Assembly: GCA_043817645.1 (NCBI GenBank) | Contig: JBDRGP010000014.1 | Location: 11,879 to 75,878 of the forward strand | Reading direction: 5' to 3' | Source: Candidatus Woesearchaeota archaeon | Lineage (GTDB): Archaea; Nanobdellota; Nanobdellia; SCGC-AAA011-G17; JACPIM01 | Length of the DNA: 64,000 nucleotides | In this document: positions 1-9,537 of the stretch, piece by piece | Layout of the letters: each line of letters opens with the position of its first letter | Position numbering within the stretch: the stretch's first letter is position 1 | Notes under the pieces: model-generated | Told to the model about the DNA's origin: nothing | The model's database searches: none | The model's input: the letters and a program-made list of their open reading frames with translations, nothing else | Translations under genes and position numbers: made by a program

Positions 1-203
1 TTATTTCCAGCTAAAGACGCACCAACACACATATTAATTGCTGCAATCTCATCCTCAGCCTGTATAAACTCAACAGGTTTTTTAACCATAATTTCCATAA
101 TTTCTGATGTCGGTGTGATCGGATAAGAAGAAAAAAAGTTTGCTCCTGCAACTAAAGCACCCTCAACAATAGCCCCATTTCCTGATAAAATTCGCGTCCC
201 CAT
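1..203 (-). CDS. 2-oxoacid:ferredoxin oxidoreductase alpha subunit (KorA/PorA-like), N-terminal fragment running off the window
   Basis: Own translation from ATG at 203: MGTRILSGNGAIVEGALVAGANFFSSYPITPTSEIMEIM..AEDEIAAINMCVGASLAGN. This matches the conserved GN.A..GA..AG..YPITP.SEI...EDE N-terminus of OFOR alpha subunits. Absent from the ORF track because it is truncated. Confidence 0.6.
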   Translation of the reverse strand, partial: MGTRILSGNGAIVEGALVAGANFFSSYPITPTSEIMEIMVKKPVEFIQAEDEIAAINMCVGASLAGN

Positions 204-414
204 CACTAATTCCAATGAGAATTACCATTTTTAAAGTTTAGTTTTCATAAAAAGTAGAAAAGACCGATTTTACTTGTTTCCTCGTTCATCTTTTATAGGC
301 ATCACGCCAATAAGCCAGCATTCGGCAGCTTTTTTTGCTATCCTAAGGGATTATACGTCTTTCTCAAATACCCTCACATGATTATCATTTTTTGAATTTT
401 TTATAGGATTTTTC

Positions 415-1134
415 CTACTCTGGCAGTTCCCACTCCTCAAAATACACTCGGTCCTTCTTAAACCCCAGTTCCTTAGTCAAAATTTTAGCAACCTCATCAA
501 TCATAACACTGGGACCACAAATATAAACATCCTTATTCTCCAAAAAACCAACTAATTCAGATAAATGTTCAGTCACTCTCCCTTTCAAGTAAGATTCTCC
601 CTTTGCTTTAGTCGCACAACCATAACACTTAAAATTTTTATTCTTCTCCGCAAGCTTCTTAAATTCATTTTTAAAAAAGAAATCGGTTTCATACCTAAAC
701 CCAAATATCAAAGTAACTTTTTTATTTGGAAAGTTCTCTAAGATATCATAAATCATACTCCTAAGAGGAGCAACCCCTGCACCCGCGGCAATAAAAACAG
801 TTTCTTTTTTCACAGGTTTCTTAACCTTAAATATCCCAATAGGTCCTCTCACTCTCAGCTTATCTCCTTTATTGAGTTTATACAAATAGGGAGAGACTTT
901 GCCCTCATCATACTTCCGGATTAGTAGTTCAATAGTATCCTGCGAGGGTTTAGATGCAATAGAATAAGGCCTTTCTTCTTCCTTTCCGTCAACAACAATA
1001 TGAATATAAATAAACTGCCCTGCCTTAAATTTAAAATCAACACCGGCCTCAAACTTTAATTCTAAAAAAATAGTGTTCTCATTAAATCTTTCAGCCTTAA
1101 TCACTTCTGTTTCATAAACTTGCGGTAAAGTCAT
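415..1134 (-). CDS. FAD/NAD(P)-binding oxidoreductase, ferredoxin-NADP reductase fold
   Basis: RPYSIAS flavin motif, FIAAGAGVAPLRSM dinucleotide motif, YICGP near the C-terminus. No C-terminal Fe-S cysteine cluster. Confidence 0.65.
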   Translation of the reverse strand: MTLPQVYETEVIKAERFNENTIFLELKFEAGVDFKFKAGQFIYIHIVVDGKEEERPYSIASKPSQDTIELLIRKYDEGKVSPYLYKLNKGDKLRVRGPIGIFKVKKPVKKETVFIAAGAGVAPLRSMIYDILENFPNKKVTLIFGFRYETDFFFKNEFKKLAEKNKNFKCYGCATKAKGESYLKGRVTEHLSELVGFLENKDVYICGPSVMIDEVAKILTKELGFKKDRVYFEEWELPE

Positions 1135-1160
1135 ATTAGAAAAATTCTCAAAAAGTCTAT

Positions 1161-1517
1161 TTAAATCTTCCTCTCAAAATTCAAAGGTTCATCCTGAGCA
1201 TACTCAATATCCCACTTCAAAGCAATCTCAGCTTTTTGTAATTCGGCACCCAAATCAGCTACATGTTGCAAACTTGAAACCAAATTCTCCCGAACTATAG
1301 TATTAAAAACATCCATGGCCTTCTTTCCAACGATTATTTTCTCAACCATATTATTTTTTTTACAAAACCCTGCTTCTATCTGTTGTTTTTCCTTGTTTAC
1401 CCTAATCAAAAAATATCCCTCCCTATCCATTTCAAAATCTTTAATTCGATCATATCTAGCTTCAATCTTTTCAGCTTCATCAACACCTTTAGCTTCATTT
1501 TCCATAAACCTATCCAA
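1161..1517 (-). CDS. DUF4346-like small protein
   Basis: Pattern DREGYFLIRV...LQHVADLGAELQKAEIAL..IEYAQDEPL resembles my recollection of the DUF4346 consensus (GYF.I...HAAYLGrEL.kAE..L....Y.QD). Confidence 0.45.
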   Translation of the reverse strand: MDRFMENEAKGVDEAEKIEARYDRIKDFEMDREGYFLIRVNKEKQQIEAGFCKKNNMVEKIIVGKKAMDVFNTIVRENLVSSLQHVADLGAELQKAEIALKWDIEYAQDEPLNFERKI

Positions 1518-1607
1518 AGACCCCTCTTTTTTTAAAGTTTCTTATATCAATAAAGTATTTAATCAAATACGCTTAACCTTATAAATCCAATAAATTCAAA
1601 AAAAATT

Positions 1608-2540
1608 ATGAGGTACATCGTAACAGGAGGAGCTGGATTTATCGGAAGCCACCTAGTAGATAAACTAGCAAATGAAGGTCACGAAGTGATAGTTATTGAT
1701 GATTTCTCATTAGGTAAAGAAGAAAACATAAAACATCACCAAAATAATAACAATGTAACTATCCATAAAAGAGACATCAATGAGGATCTAAATGGTATTT
1801 TTCAAAAAGGAATAGATGCAGTCTTTCACTTAGCAGCAATACCAAGAGTTCAATTCTCCATAAAAAATCCATTACAAACACACAAAGCAAATGTAAACGG
1901 AACATTTAACCTGCTCCTTATGTGCAAAAAATACGGAGTTAAAAGATTCATTTTTTCTTCAAGTTCATCAATTTATGGTGATCAAGATATACTCCCTCTC
2001 AAAGAAACAATGGAACCAAACCCTATGTCTCCATATGCTCTCCACAAATTAATTGGAGAACACTACTGCAAATTATTTCATCAGATCTTCAATTTAGAAA
2101 CAATCAGCTTAAGATATTTTAATGTTTTTGGACCAAGAATAGACCCCGAAGGAGAATACGCTTGCCTAATTCCAAAATTCATAAAACTAATCCATCAAGA
2201 CACCAGACCAACAATTTTCGGAGACGGAGAACAAACTCGAGATTTCACATTTGTTTCAGATGTAATAGAAGCAAACATTTTAGCTGCAAAAACAGAAAAT
2301 AAAAACTGTTTTGGTCAAGCATTCAACATAGGCAATAGTAGAAATCTTTCAGTTAATGAAATTACAAAAACCATACTAGACCTAAGCAACAAAAATATAG
2401 AACCAATCCACGGCCCACCAGTTATAGAACCAAAGCATACCTTAGCAGACTCAACAAAAGCAAAAGAGTTTTTCAGCTGGCAACCAAAAGTTGTTTTTGA
2501 AGATGGCTTAGAAAAAACACATCAGTTTATAACAAATTAA
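1608..2540 (+). CDS. NAD-dependent sugar-nucleotide epimerase/dehydratase (SDR family)
   Basis: N-terminal GGAGFIGSH Rossmann motif, catalytic YALHK (YxxxK), length 310 aa. Confidence 0.8.
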   Translation: MRYIVTGGAGFIGSHLVDKLANEGHEVIVIDDFSLGKEENIKHHQNNNNVTIHKRDINEDLNGIFQKGIDAVFHLAAIPRVQFSIKNPLQTHKANVNGTFNLLLMCKKYGVKRFIFSSSSSIYGDQDILPLKETMEPNPMSPYALHKLIGEHYCKLFHQIFNLETISLRYFNVFGPRIDPEGEYACLIPKFIKLIHQDTRPTIFGDGEQTRDFTFVSDVIEANILAAKTENKNCFGQAFNIGNSRNLSVNEITKTILDLSNKNIEPIHGPPVIEPKHTLADSTKAKEFFSWQPKVVFEDGLEKTHQFITN

Positions 2541-3385
2541 ATCTTTTTATATGTCTTCTGCATTAACAAAGCATCCTCCTCAATATTAGGGGATTCACAA
2601 GTCACAACACCCTTACATTTAAAGTCTTTCAAAGTTTTCAACAAATCCTTATAATTAAATTTAGACTCTTTCAAAACCAAATGGTTCTTTTCTCCTTTTT
2701 CACCATACGCAATTCCAGAAATATGAATATGCATATTATTCAAAGCAGTCTTCCCTAAACCTTTCTCTAAATCAATCAAAACCTGTTTAAATTCTTCTTT
2801 AGTATTATACTTGCCAAGTGATCTCGAATACAAATGAGAAAAATCAATACACGGCATAACTTGATCTATTTCCTTTGATAATTTAATCAATTCTTTTAAA
2901 TCTCCAAATTGTGATGGTTTCCCAGAAATCTCAGGTCTTATCCAAATATTTTTATCAAATTGTTTTACTTCCTTAACAATTAATTTTACACCTTCTTTAA
3001 TTTTCTTAAAAACTTTCTCAGGTTCTTGTTTCATATAATAACCCGCATGAAAACAAACACTCCAACCACCACAAAGCGAGGTTATCATAGCAGAATTCTT
3101 AACATAACCAACACTTGCATAATATTTTTTCTTCTCCTCAGAATTTAAATTAATAAAATAAGGAGCATGGCAAGTTAAAACAATATTATTTTCTTTAGCA
3201 ACTTTTTTTATTTCAAGAGCTTTATCTTTTTTAATATTAATACTCCTAACAAATTCCAACTCAAAACTATCTAATCCAAGTTTTCTTACATCCTTAATCC
3301 CTTGAATAGTATTCCCTTTAGTAGAAACAGGGATTCCAGCAGTTCCAAATCTTAATTTATCCATTCCCCTCTCAATAAGATTCAA
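2537..3385 (-). CDS. nfo: Endonuclease IV-type AP endonuclease (xylose-isomerase-like TIM barrel)
   Basis: CHAPYFINLNS, CFHAGY, CIDFSHLY and HIHISG..GEKGEKNH metal-ligand-like motifs are collinear with Nfo. Confidence 0.6.
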   Translation of the reverse strand: MNLIERGMDKLRFGTAGIPVSTKGNTIQGIKDVRKLGLDSFELEFVRSINIKKDKALEIKKVAKENNIVLTCHAPYFINLNSEEKKKYYASVGYVKNSAMITSLCGGWSVCFHAGYYMKQEPEKVFKKIKEGVKLIVKEVKQFDKNIWIRPEISGKPSQFGDLKELIKLSKEIDQVMPCIDFSHLYSRSLGKYNTKEEFKQVLIDLEKGLGKTALNNMHIHISGIAYGEKGEKNHLVLKESKFNYKDLLKTLKDFKCKGVVTCESPNIEEDALLMQKTYKKI

Positions 3386-3767
3386 TTTTCAAATCTTTTA
3401 TTCTCTCAAAATGCTTCACATTCCTTGTTAATAATGTTTCATTATTTTTTATTGCAATTGCCGCGATCATTATATCCTCAGTGTCTATAATCTCTCCTCT
3501 TTTTCTTAAATCTGCTTCGATTTCACCAGCAAGTATAGCGCTCTCTTTGTTTAAATCCAATATAATAAGAGAATATAAAAATTGTAAAACTTTTTCTTTT
3601 TCTGTTTGTGGTTTATTGCTAAGCTTTGCACCCCTGCTTAATTCCATTACGCTTGGGGTAGTAATAGTGATTTCTTCATCACCCTCATCTAATCTTTTTT
3701 CCAAGGAAATAATTTTTTTTTCTCCTCTAATAAGATCTATTGCAAAAGAAGTATCTAAACAAACCAT
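3372..3767 (-). CDS. vapC: PIN-domain toxin VapC
   Basis: MVCLDTSFAIDL N-terminal acidic motif, D..IAAIA, 131 aa. Start overlaps the upstream antitoxin stop by 1 nt. Confidence 0.8.
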   Translation of the reverse strand: MVCLDTSFAIDLIRGEKKIISLEKRLDEGDEEITITTPSVMELSRGAKLSNKPQTEKEKVLQFLYSLIILDLNKESAILAGEIEADLRKRGEIIDTEDIMIAAIAIKNNETLLTRNVKHFERIKDLKIESY

Positions 3768-4024
3768 TACTGAAACGCCTCCATGAGTTTTTTGTGCCTT
3801 TTTTCATGCATTTTTCTATGTAATTTTCTTCCTTCTAAAATACTCTTTTCTAATTCGTCACCAAATTCTTTTGAAATTATACCGTGAAAATCCCTTAGTT
3901 TGGGTTTGTTTTTTTTTGTAAGTCTTTCTATAACTAGTGAAAAACTTTCCCTTTCCTTCTTAAGCTTAGCCAGCCTGTCATAAGCTTTCTCAGTAATAGT
4001 TATTGTTTTTGTTGCCATAAACAC
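3767..4024 (-). CDS. vapB: VapB-type antitoxin (UPF0330/COG1753-like)
   Basis: TKTITITEKAYDRLAKLKKERESFSLVIERL is typical of archaeal VapB partners. Operonic with vapC. Confidence 0.6.
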   Translation of the reverse strand: MFMATKTITITEKAYDRLAKLKKERESFSLVIERLTKKNKPKLRDFHGIISKEFGDELEKSILEGRKLHRKMHEKRHKKLMEAFQ

Positions 4025-4036
4025 ACATACGTGTAC

Positions 4037-4055
4037 TTATATTTAAACCTTTCGG
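4037..4055 (-). promoter_or_regulatory. BRE/TATA promoter of the vapBC operon
   Basis: Minus strand reads ccGAAAGGTTTAAATATAA, ending about 13 nt upstream of the first ATG at 4024 (19 nt from the in-frame ATG at 4018). This spacing implies a leaderless or near-leaderless mRNA. Confidence 0.5.
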
Positions 4056-4097
4056 ATTGTCTAAAACTTTTTAAACAATAACCGCTTAATTCTAGCA

Positions 4098-4568
4098 ATG
4101 CCTAAACAAACTATCAGCAAAGACGTACCATTAGGTGAAATTACCCTAAGGAAATACGAAAAACCAACAAACTTAGGCCAAAGAGACTTAACAAGAAAAT
4201 TATGTCTAAGCATAGGGTTATTACAACCAGGAGACTCTAGGGACATAGTCGTAGACGTTCTCCAAACAATGCTCCATCACTCAAAAAGCAAAAAATTATT
4301 ATCCAGCGAAGCAGTAAGAGAAGAAGTAATAAAACTAAGAAAAAAGCAAAATCTCCCATTAAAAGGCATAGCAAAAAGCAATATCAGAAGGCAATTAAAA
4401 CGCCTTAGATCTTTATTTTTAGTAGAAAAAATAGCAAATGACTATAGAATAACAGAATGGGAAACCCTGAGCAATATTTTTGAAGAAAGAATAGAAAAAT
4501 TCCATTTAGAAAACATTAAGAAGAGAGTGAAAGAATATTTTATTGCAATAACCAAGGAGGTAGGTTAA
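4098..4568 (+). CDS. Putative winged-helix DNA-binding protein
   Basis: GEITLRKYEKP N-terminus and a basic helical core resemble conserved archaeal HTH regulators. No exact family was recognised. Confidence 0.4.
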   Translation: MPKQTISKDVPLGEITLRKYEKPTNLGQRDLTRKLCLSIGLLQPGDSRDIVVDVLQTMLHHSKSKKLLSSEAVREEVIKLRKKQNLPLKGIAKSNIRRQLKRLRSLFLVEKIANDYRITEWETLSNIFEERIEKFHLENIKKRVKEYFIAITKEVG

Positions 4569-5606
4569 ATGAAAAAAATTTCAATTTTACTTATTACGCT
4601 ACTCTTAGTTGGACTTATACCATTAGGATTAGCAGAAAGTAACAATCAGGGACAAAACTCACCAAACGCACAAAACGCAGAACAAACAGACATAGATAAA
4701 GCCATTGGTACCACAAAAGCCAGAGTAAGACAACTAATACAAGAAAGAAAAGAAATTAGATTAAAAGCTGCTTTATCTATCAAATCAGCAAATACAAAAT
4801 ATGAAGAGGCAAGAGTAAGATTCAGAATAGCAAAAGACAAATTTCAAGGAGAAAAAACAAAACTCCAAAATGAATGTGTAAGCACTGCAGCCTCAGCAGA
4901 CGAAGCAAATTGTGAAAACATAAAAAACAACATAAGAGAAAACACAAAAAATAGATTATTACACTTTCTTGAAGGAATAGAACACAGACTAGAAAAACTA
5001 ACCCTGAGGATCCAAGACAGCAAGATCTCAGATGATAAAGCAGAGATTATTTTAGAAAACATTGAAGAAGCAAAAGCAGAATTATCAGATTTAAAGCAAA
5101 AAGCAGAAAACTTAACACCAGAAACCACTTGGAACGATTACAAAGAGTTATCAAAAGACATTAAAGAATTCTCAAAAAGAGTAAATCAGTTATTTAGTAT
5201 GAATTTCATGCATGCAGCATATAACAGACTCAACAATCTGGTCACAAAATTAGAAGTTTTCGAAGAAAACGTTGAAACTCTAATAACAGACAATGAACTT
5301 CAAGCACTAGAGGAGCAACTGGCACAGTACAAAGTAAAAGTAATTGAAGCAAGAAATTACTTAAACAAAGCAAAAGAATCCTGGGAACATCAAAATTACC
5401 AAGAATCAAAAGGATATTTCAAAGGAGCCTTAGTAGCCACAAAAGAAACTAACAGACACAGAAAAGAAATTAGAGCAGCAATAAGAGGACTAGGTAACCA
5501 ACAAACAGATGATGAATTAGATTCTATTGAATCAGAGCTAAAAAACGTAGAACCAAGTGAAGATGCACAACTCACAATAGAAAGCACAGGAGGTATACAA
5601 CAATGA
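4569..5606 (+). CDS. Secreted or membrane-anchored coiled-coil protein
   Basis: N-terminal hydrophobic signal (ISILLITLLLVGLIPLGLA) followed by long heptad-like K/E/L-rich sequence. Confidence 0.5.
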   Translation: MKKISILLITLLLVGLIPLGLAESNNQGQNSPNAQNAEQTDIDKAIGTTKARVRQLIQERKEIRLKAALSIKSANTKYEEARVRFRIAKDKFQGEKTKLQNECVSTAASADEANCENIKNNIRENTKNRLLHFLEGIEHRLEKLTLRIQDSKISDDKAEIILENIEEAKAELSDLKQKAENLTPETTWNDYKELSKDIKEFSKRVNQLFSMNFMHAAYNRLNNLVTKLEVFEENVETLITDNELQALEEQLAQYKVKVIEARNYLNKAKESWEHQNYQESKGYFKGALVATKETNRHRKEIRAAIRGLGNQQTDDELDSIESELKNVEPSEDAQLTIESTGGIQQ

Positions 5607-5848
5607 AAAAGATACTAATAACCATTCTCCTACTAAGCCTGGTCCTATTATTCGGATGTACAGAAACCCAAGAAGAAAGCGATGATACAGGAGAAACAGA
5701 TGACTCCGAGATAGAAGAAGGCCTAAGTGGAGCAGAAGAAACAGACTTAGACGAAGAAGTGACAGAAATAGAAGAATTCGAAGAAGACCTTGAAGATCTA
5801 GAGGACCTAGACGGCTTCATAGAAGAGCTAGAAGATCTAGATATATAA
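5603..5848 (+). CDS. Small, highly acidic lipoprotein-like protein
   Basis: Signal peptide ending LLFGC (lipobox-like), then a D/E-rich tail. 4-nt overlap with the upstream gene. Confidence 0.45.
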   Translation: MKKILITILLLSLVLLFGCTETQEESDDTGETDDSEIEEGLSGAEETDLDEEVTEIEEFEEDLEDLEDLDGFIEELEDLDI

Positions 5849-5865
5849 CTTCTTTTTTTATTATT

Positions 5866-6408
5866 ATGATATACGAACCAAATGAAGATTCCTACCTTCT
5901 CACAGAATATGTAAAAAAATTTGCTAAAGGAAAAGTTCTAGACCTAGGCACAGGCACAGGAATTCAGGCAGAAACAGCATTAAAAAACACTAAAAACGTC
6001 TTAGCAGCAGACATAAACAAGGAAGCAGTAGAATTTTGCAGAAAAAAAGGCATAAACACAATTCAAAGTGATCTTTTCGAAAATATCAAAGAAAAATTTG
6101 ATTTAATAATATTCAATCCACCATATCTACCACAAGAAAGAGAATACGCAGGAATTAAAATGACCTCAAAAGACTTTAACTACGCAAATGACATCTCTAT
6201 TGTAGGTGGAAAAAAAGGCCATGAAACAATTGAAAGATTCCTTAACCAAGCAAAGAATCATTTAAATAAAAATGGTCAAATATTACTTTCCTTCAGTAGC
6301 TTAAGCGGAAACATAGAAAAATGCATGAAAAAATACAACTACAAATTCAAAAAAATAGCAGAAAAAAAAGTCTTCTTTGAAACTCTATATGTTTACTTAT
6401 TAGAATAA
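5866..6408 (+). CDS. HemK/PrmC(Mtq2)-type N5-glutamine methyltransferase
   Basis: DLGTGTGI SAM motif and the NPPY catalytic motif (FNPPYLP). Confidence 0.75.
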   Translation: MIYEPNEDSYLLTEYVKKFAKGKVLDLGTGTGIQAETALKNTKNVLAADINKEAVEFCRKKGINTIQSDLFENIKEKFDLIIFNPPYLPQEREYAGIKMTSKDFNYANDISIVGGKKGHETIERFLNQAKNHLNKNGQILLSFSSLSGNIEKCMKKYNYKFKKIAEKKVFFETLYVYLLE

Positions 6409-6440
6409 ATCTTTATTAAGTACAAATCCATAATAAACCT

Positions 6441-7004
6441 ATGAAATCAGGTAAAAAAGAATTCATAGATCCTCTTACATTTTACAGAGATTCCTTCAGA
6501 TTAGCTCAAAAAATCTACAAAGACGGATTCTATCCAAACTTCTTAATAGGCATTTGGAGAGGGGGAACTCCTCCAGGAATAATCATACAAGAATTTTTCA
6601 AATACAAAAACCTAGGAAACATGAAGCATATAGCAGTAAGAACAGAACGATACAGAAGAATAGGAGAAACAAATAAGAAAGTAGACATTTTCGGTTTAGG
6701 TTATGTTATTGACACAGTAACTCATGAAGACAAAATGCTCATAGTAGATGATGTATTTGATGAGGGTATTACAATTAAAAAACTAATAGAAGAAATAAAA
6801 CATAGAGCAAGAAAAAACACACCAAGGGACATTAGAGTAGCAACAGTTTATTACAAGCCCTCTCAAAATAAAACAGAAATAAAACCACATTACTCAATAC
6901 ATGAAACAGATAAATGGGTTGTTTTCCCACATGAACTTGAAGGTCTAACAACAGAAGAGTTAGAAAAAAAAGATCCAGAAATAGCAAAAATAACAAGAGA
7001 TTAA
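6441..7004 (+). CDS. Purine phosphoribosyltransferase family protein
   Basis: PRPP-binding motif LIVDDVFDEGITI. Confidence 0.7.
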   Translation: MKSGKKEFIDPLTFYRDSFRLAQKIYKDGFYPNFLIGIWRGGTPPGIIIQEFFKYKNLGNMKHIAVRTERYRRIGETNKKVDIFGLGYVIDTVTHEDKMLIVDDVFDEGITIKKLIEEIKHRARKNTPRDIRVATVYYKPSQNKTEIKPHYSIHETDKWVVFPHELEGLTTEELEKKDPEIAKITRD

Positions 7005-7025
7005 GTTTTATTGATTAATTACCCA

Positions 7026-8528
7026 TCAGACAGCCCATCTATAATGTCTTTCAATAGGCAATTTCGGCATTCTGTAAGAAACAGCATTGATGTTTAATCC
7101 GGCCCCAACCGATGCAAACATTATAAGATCCATAGGATTAAGAATATGATTACTCATTCCACCGTTTAGTAATTTGTCTGGGTCTCCTCTAAGCACCAAG
7201 TCAAATAAAGTGGGCAATGTTGCCACTGAACTATTTCCAAGCCTTGCAACAGTCATAGGCATGTACCTGTTGATAATCTCAGGAGGCACAAATCTTCTCT
7301 TGACTGTTTTCCCACCAACAACCTCTCTTACAACTATTGGTTTTACTCCCATCAATTTAGATAGCAGGTCATGGTCCATTCTTTCAAGTGCTTGATGTAA
7401 AAATGCTTTTGCAACATCCTGGGGTGTTAAGCCGATTCCTTCTAGACATTGTCTCATTACTTCAGGCACCTTTCCAACAGCATACTTGTAAATATCATTT
7501 CCTAGCATTTTTAGATATAATCCATCTCCCTTGAATCCTGGTTGATTTGATGGGCCCATCCATAATTTGTATAAAAGATCATTTCCTTCAGCATCTCTTG
7601 TATCAGACCGCATTCCATATCCAAGAATTCCAATAAGCTCTGTTGTATCAACTGCTCTAACAATTGATGCACCACCACCATCTGCATATATCTGACCATC
7701 TCTATCAAATGGATCTGCAACTTTTGAAAGTACCTCGGCTCCAATCACAAGCACAGTATTTGCAAGACCTGCTTGAATGTATTGGCCTGCTTGTATGACT
7801 CCCTGTAACCAACCTGGACACCCAAACACAATGTCGTATGCAACTGTACATGGGTTTGAGATTCCTAGCATACTCTTTACTTTCTCAGCAAGGCTTGGTG
7901 TAGTTTGTTCGGGATGATGAATCACAACTAATTCTCTTAATGCTTCTGGATCACCTCTCCAAAGAAATTCCTCTGCTGCTCTCAAGGCAACATCCTTATC
8001 AAGACTACCTGCTTTAAGATCATTTAACACCAATGAGTCTTCTGATGTAATCGCACCCATAATCCTTGATAGCCTGCTAGGATGACCAATCATATCAAAA
8101 GCAACTGCAGAAGGATTCACTATCCCTAATCCATGCTTAATTCTTGATGCGATGCTTGGCACTAAATCCAGATGTGTGCCGCTTGTTTCATTATCACCAA
8201 AATCATGAGCAAAGATAATGATATCAATGCTGTCCGGATAAACTCCAGACGCTTCTATTGCCTTTTTGCTAGCCTCATATCCAAGATCTGATGTTATCAC
8301 ACCCTCAGTAACATATCTTCTTTCTATAATTCCAGCAGTATTCTGGAACTCTGCTACAATCTCTGCTGTTGTCTTCTCTCTTGGAGGATTATCCTTATTC
8401 ATATGCCTATTACCCTCACTATCATAGAATTCTGACTGTAAAAAGAACTCCGGAGTAATTACTCTGCTTGGTATTTCGCATCCTGTACCAGTTATTACTG
8501 AGCGTCTCATTTTTTGAATAAATTTCAA
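7026..8528 (-). CDS. 3-oxoacyl synthase III (FabH/KAS III)-like thiolase-fold enzyme with an internal insertion
   Basis: Active-site FGCPGW, HQA and LGNSSVATLP (Cys-His-Asn triad context). About 500 aa, against about 330 aa for a typical FabH. Confidence 0.65.
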   Translation of the reverse strand: MKFIQKMRRSVITGTGCEIPSRVITPEFFLQSEFYDSEGNRHMNKDNPPREKTTAEIVAEFQNTAGIIERRYVTEGVITSDLGYEASKKAIEASGVYPDSIDIIIFAHDFGDNETSGTHLDLVPSIASRIKHGLGIVNPSAVAFDMIGHPSRLSRIMGAITSEDSLVLNDLKAGSLDKDVALRAAEEFLWRGDPEALRELVVIHHPEQTTPSLAEKVKSMLGISNPCTVAYDIVFGCPGWLQGVIQAGQYIQAGLANTVLVIGAEVLSKVADPFDRDGQIYADGGGASIVRAVDTTELIGILGYGMRSDTRDAEGNDLLYKLWMGPSNQPGFKGDGLYLKMLGNDIYKYAVGKVPEVMRQCLEGIGLTPQDVAKAFLHQALERMDHDLLSKLMGVKPIVVREVVGGKTVKRRFVPPEIINRYMPMTVARLGNSSVATLPTLFDLVLRGDPDKLLNGGMSNHILNPMDLIMFASVGAGLNINAVSYRMPKLPIERHYRWAV

Positions 8529-8619
8529 AACAACTTCTTAAAGATGACTATATAGCAGAATATATTTAAAAATGCCCACCTCAAAAACCTTTTTATATCC
8601 CAAAAAGCAGTTTTTTATC

Positions 8620-9534
8620 ATGAAATATGAGGCGATTGTTATTGGTTGTGGTCCTGCAGGACTATCAGCCGCAATATATCTAGGAAGAGCAAAAGTAAAA
8701 ACGCTTCTAATCGGAAAATCAAAAGAGAGCCAACTCATAAAAGCACACAAAATTGAAAATTATTTTGGCTTCCCAGAGGGCATAACAGGAAAAGATCTCC
8801 TAAATAAAGGAATTAAACAAGTAAAAAAATTCAAAGTGAATGTAGTAGAAAACGAAGTAACAGATATAGACAAAATCAAAGAAGAATTCAAAGTGAAATT
8901 AGGAAACAGCCAAGAACATACAGCAAAAGTAATAATCATAGCTACCGGAACACCAATAAAGCTCTCAGGAATAAAAAATGAAGAACAACTTACAGGAAAA
9001 GGTCTTCACTATTGCGTTGAATGTGATGGAGCTTTCTACCAAAAAAAGAAAGTAGCGGTTATAGGAAACGGAAATCATGCAGCAGAAAGTGCCATAGACT
9101 TAGTTACATTCACAAAAGACATAACAATAATTTCAAACGCAGACAATTTCAATTTTTCTGAAGAGATGAAAAAACAAATTAAAAAACACAACATAAAATT
9201 AACGAACGAAAAAGTATCAGAATTCTCCGGAAAAAAATTCCTTGATACTATAACCCTAAATAACAATAAAAAACTAAAAGTCAATGGAGTTTTCATGGCT
9301 TGCGGCACTGCTTCAGCATTAGACTTCTCATCAAAATTGGCTTTGAACATTAATCAAAATATTTTAGTAGTAGACAAAAACAATATGACGAGTATTAAAG
9401 GTATCTTCGCAGCAGGCAATTGCTCAGGTAGATGTAGACAGGTCGCAAACAATGTCGGACAAGGATGTAATGCAGGAGTAAACGCAATAAAGTATTTAAG
9501 GAATAAACAAGTCTATTTTGACTATTCAAGATAA
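8620..9534 (+). CDS. Thioredoxin-reductase-like flavoprotein (CxxC = CVEC) lacking NADPH-binding signatures
   Basis: IVIGCGPAGLSAAIY FAD motif, redox CVECDG, FAAGN. Start moved to the ATG at 8620 (MKYEAIVIG). Confidence 0.75.
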   Translation: MKYEAIVIGCGPAGLSAAIYLGRAKVKTLLIGKSKESQLIKAHKIENYFGFPEGITGKDLLNKGIKQVKKFKVNVVENEVTDIDKIKEEFKVKLGNSQEHTAKVIIIATGTPIKLSGIKNEEQLTGKGLHYCVECDGAFYQKKKVAVIGNGNHAAESAIDLVTFTKDITIISNADNFNFSEEMKKQIKKHNIKLTNEKVSEFSGKKFLDTITLNNNKKLKVNGVFMACGTASALDFSSKLALNINQNILVVDKNNMTSIKGIFAAGNCSGRCRQVANNVGQGCNAGVNAIKYLRNKQVYFDYSR

Positions 9535-9537
9535 GAG

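Noticed and set aside
204-414. Possible ncRNA or small ORF in the 211-nt gap between the FNR-like and KorA-like genes
   Set aside because: I could see no tRNA-like T-arm, no convincing extended helices and no ORF longer than 11 codons. It probably holds only promoter and terminator sequence.
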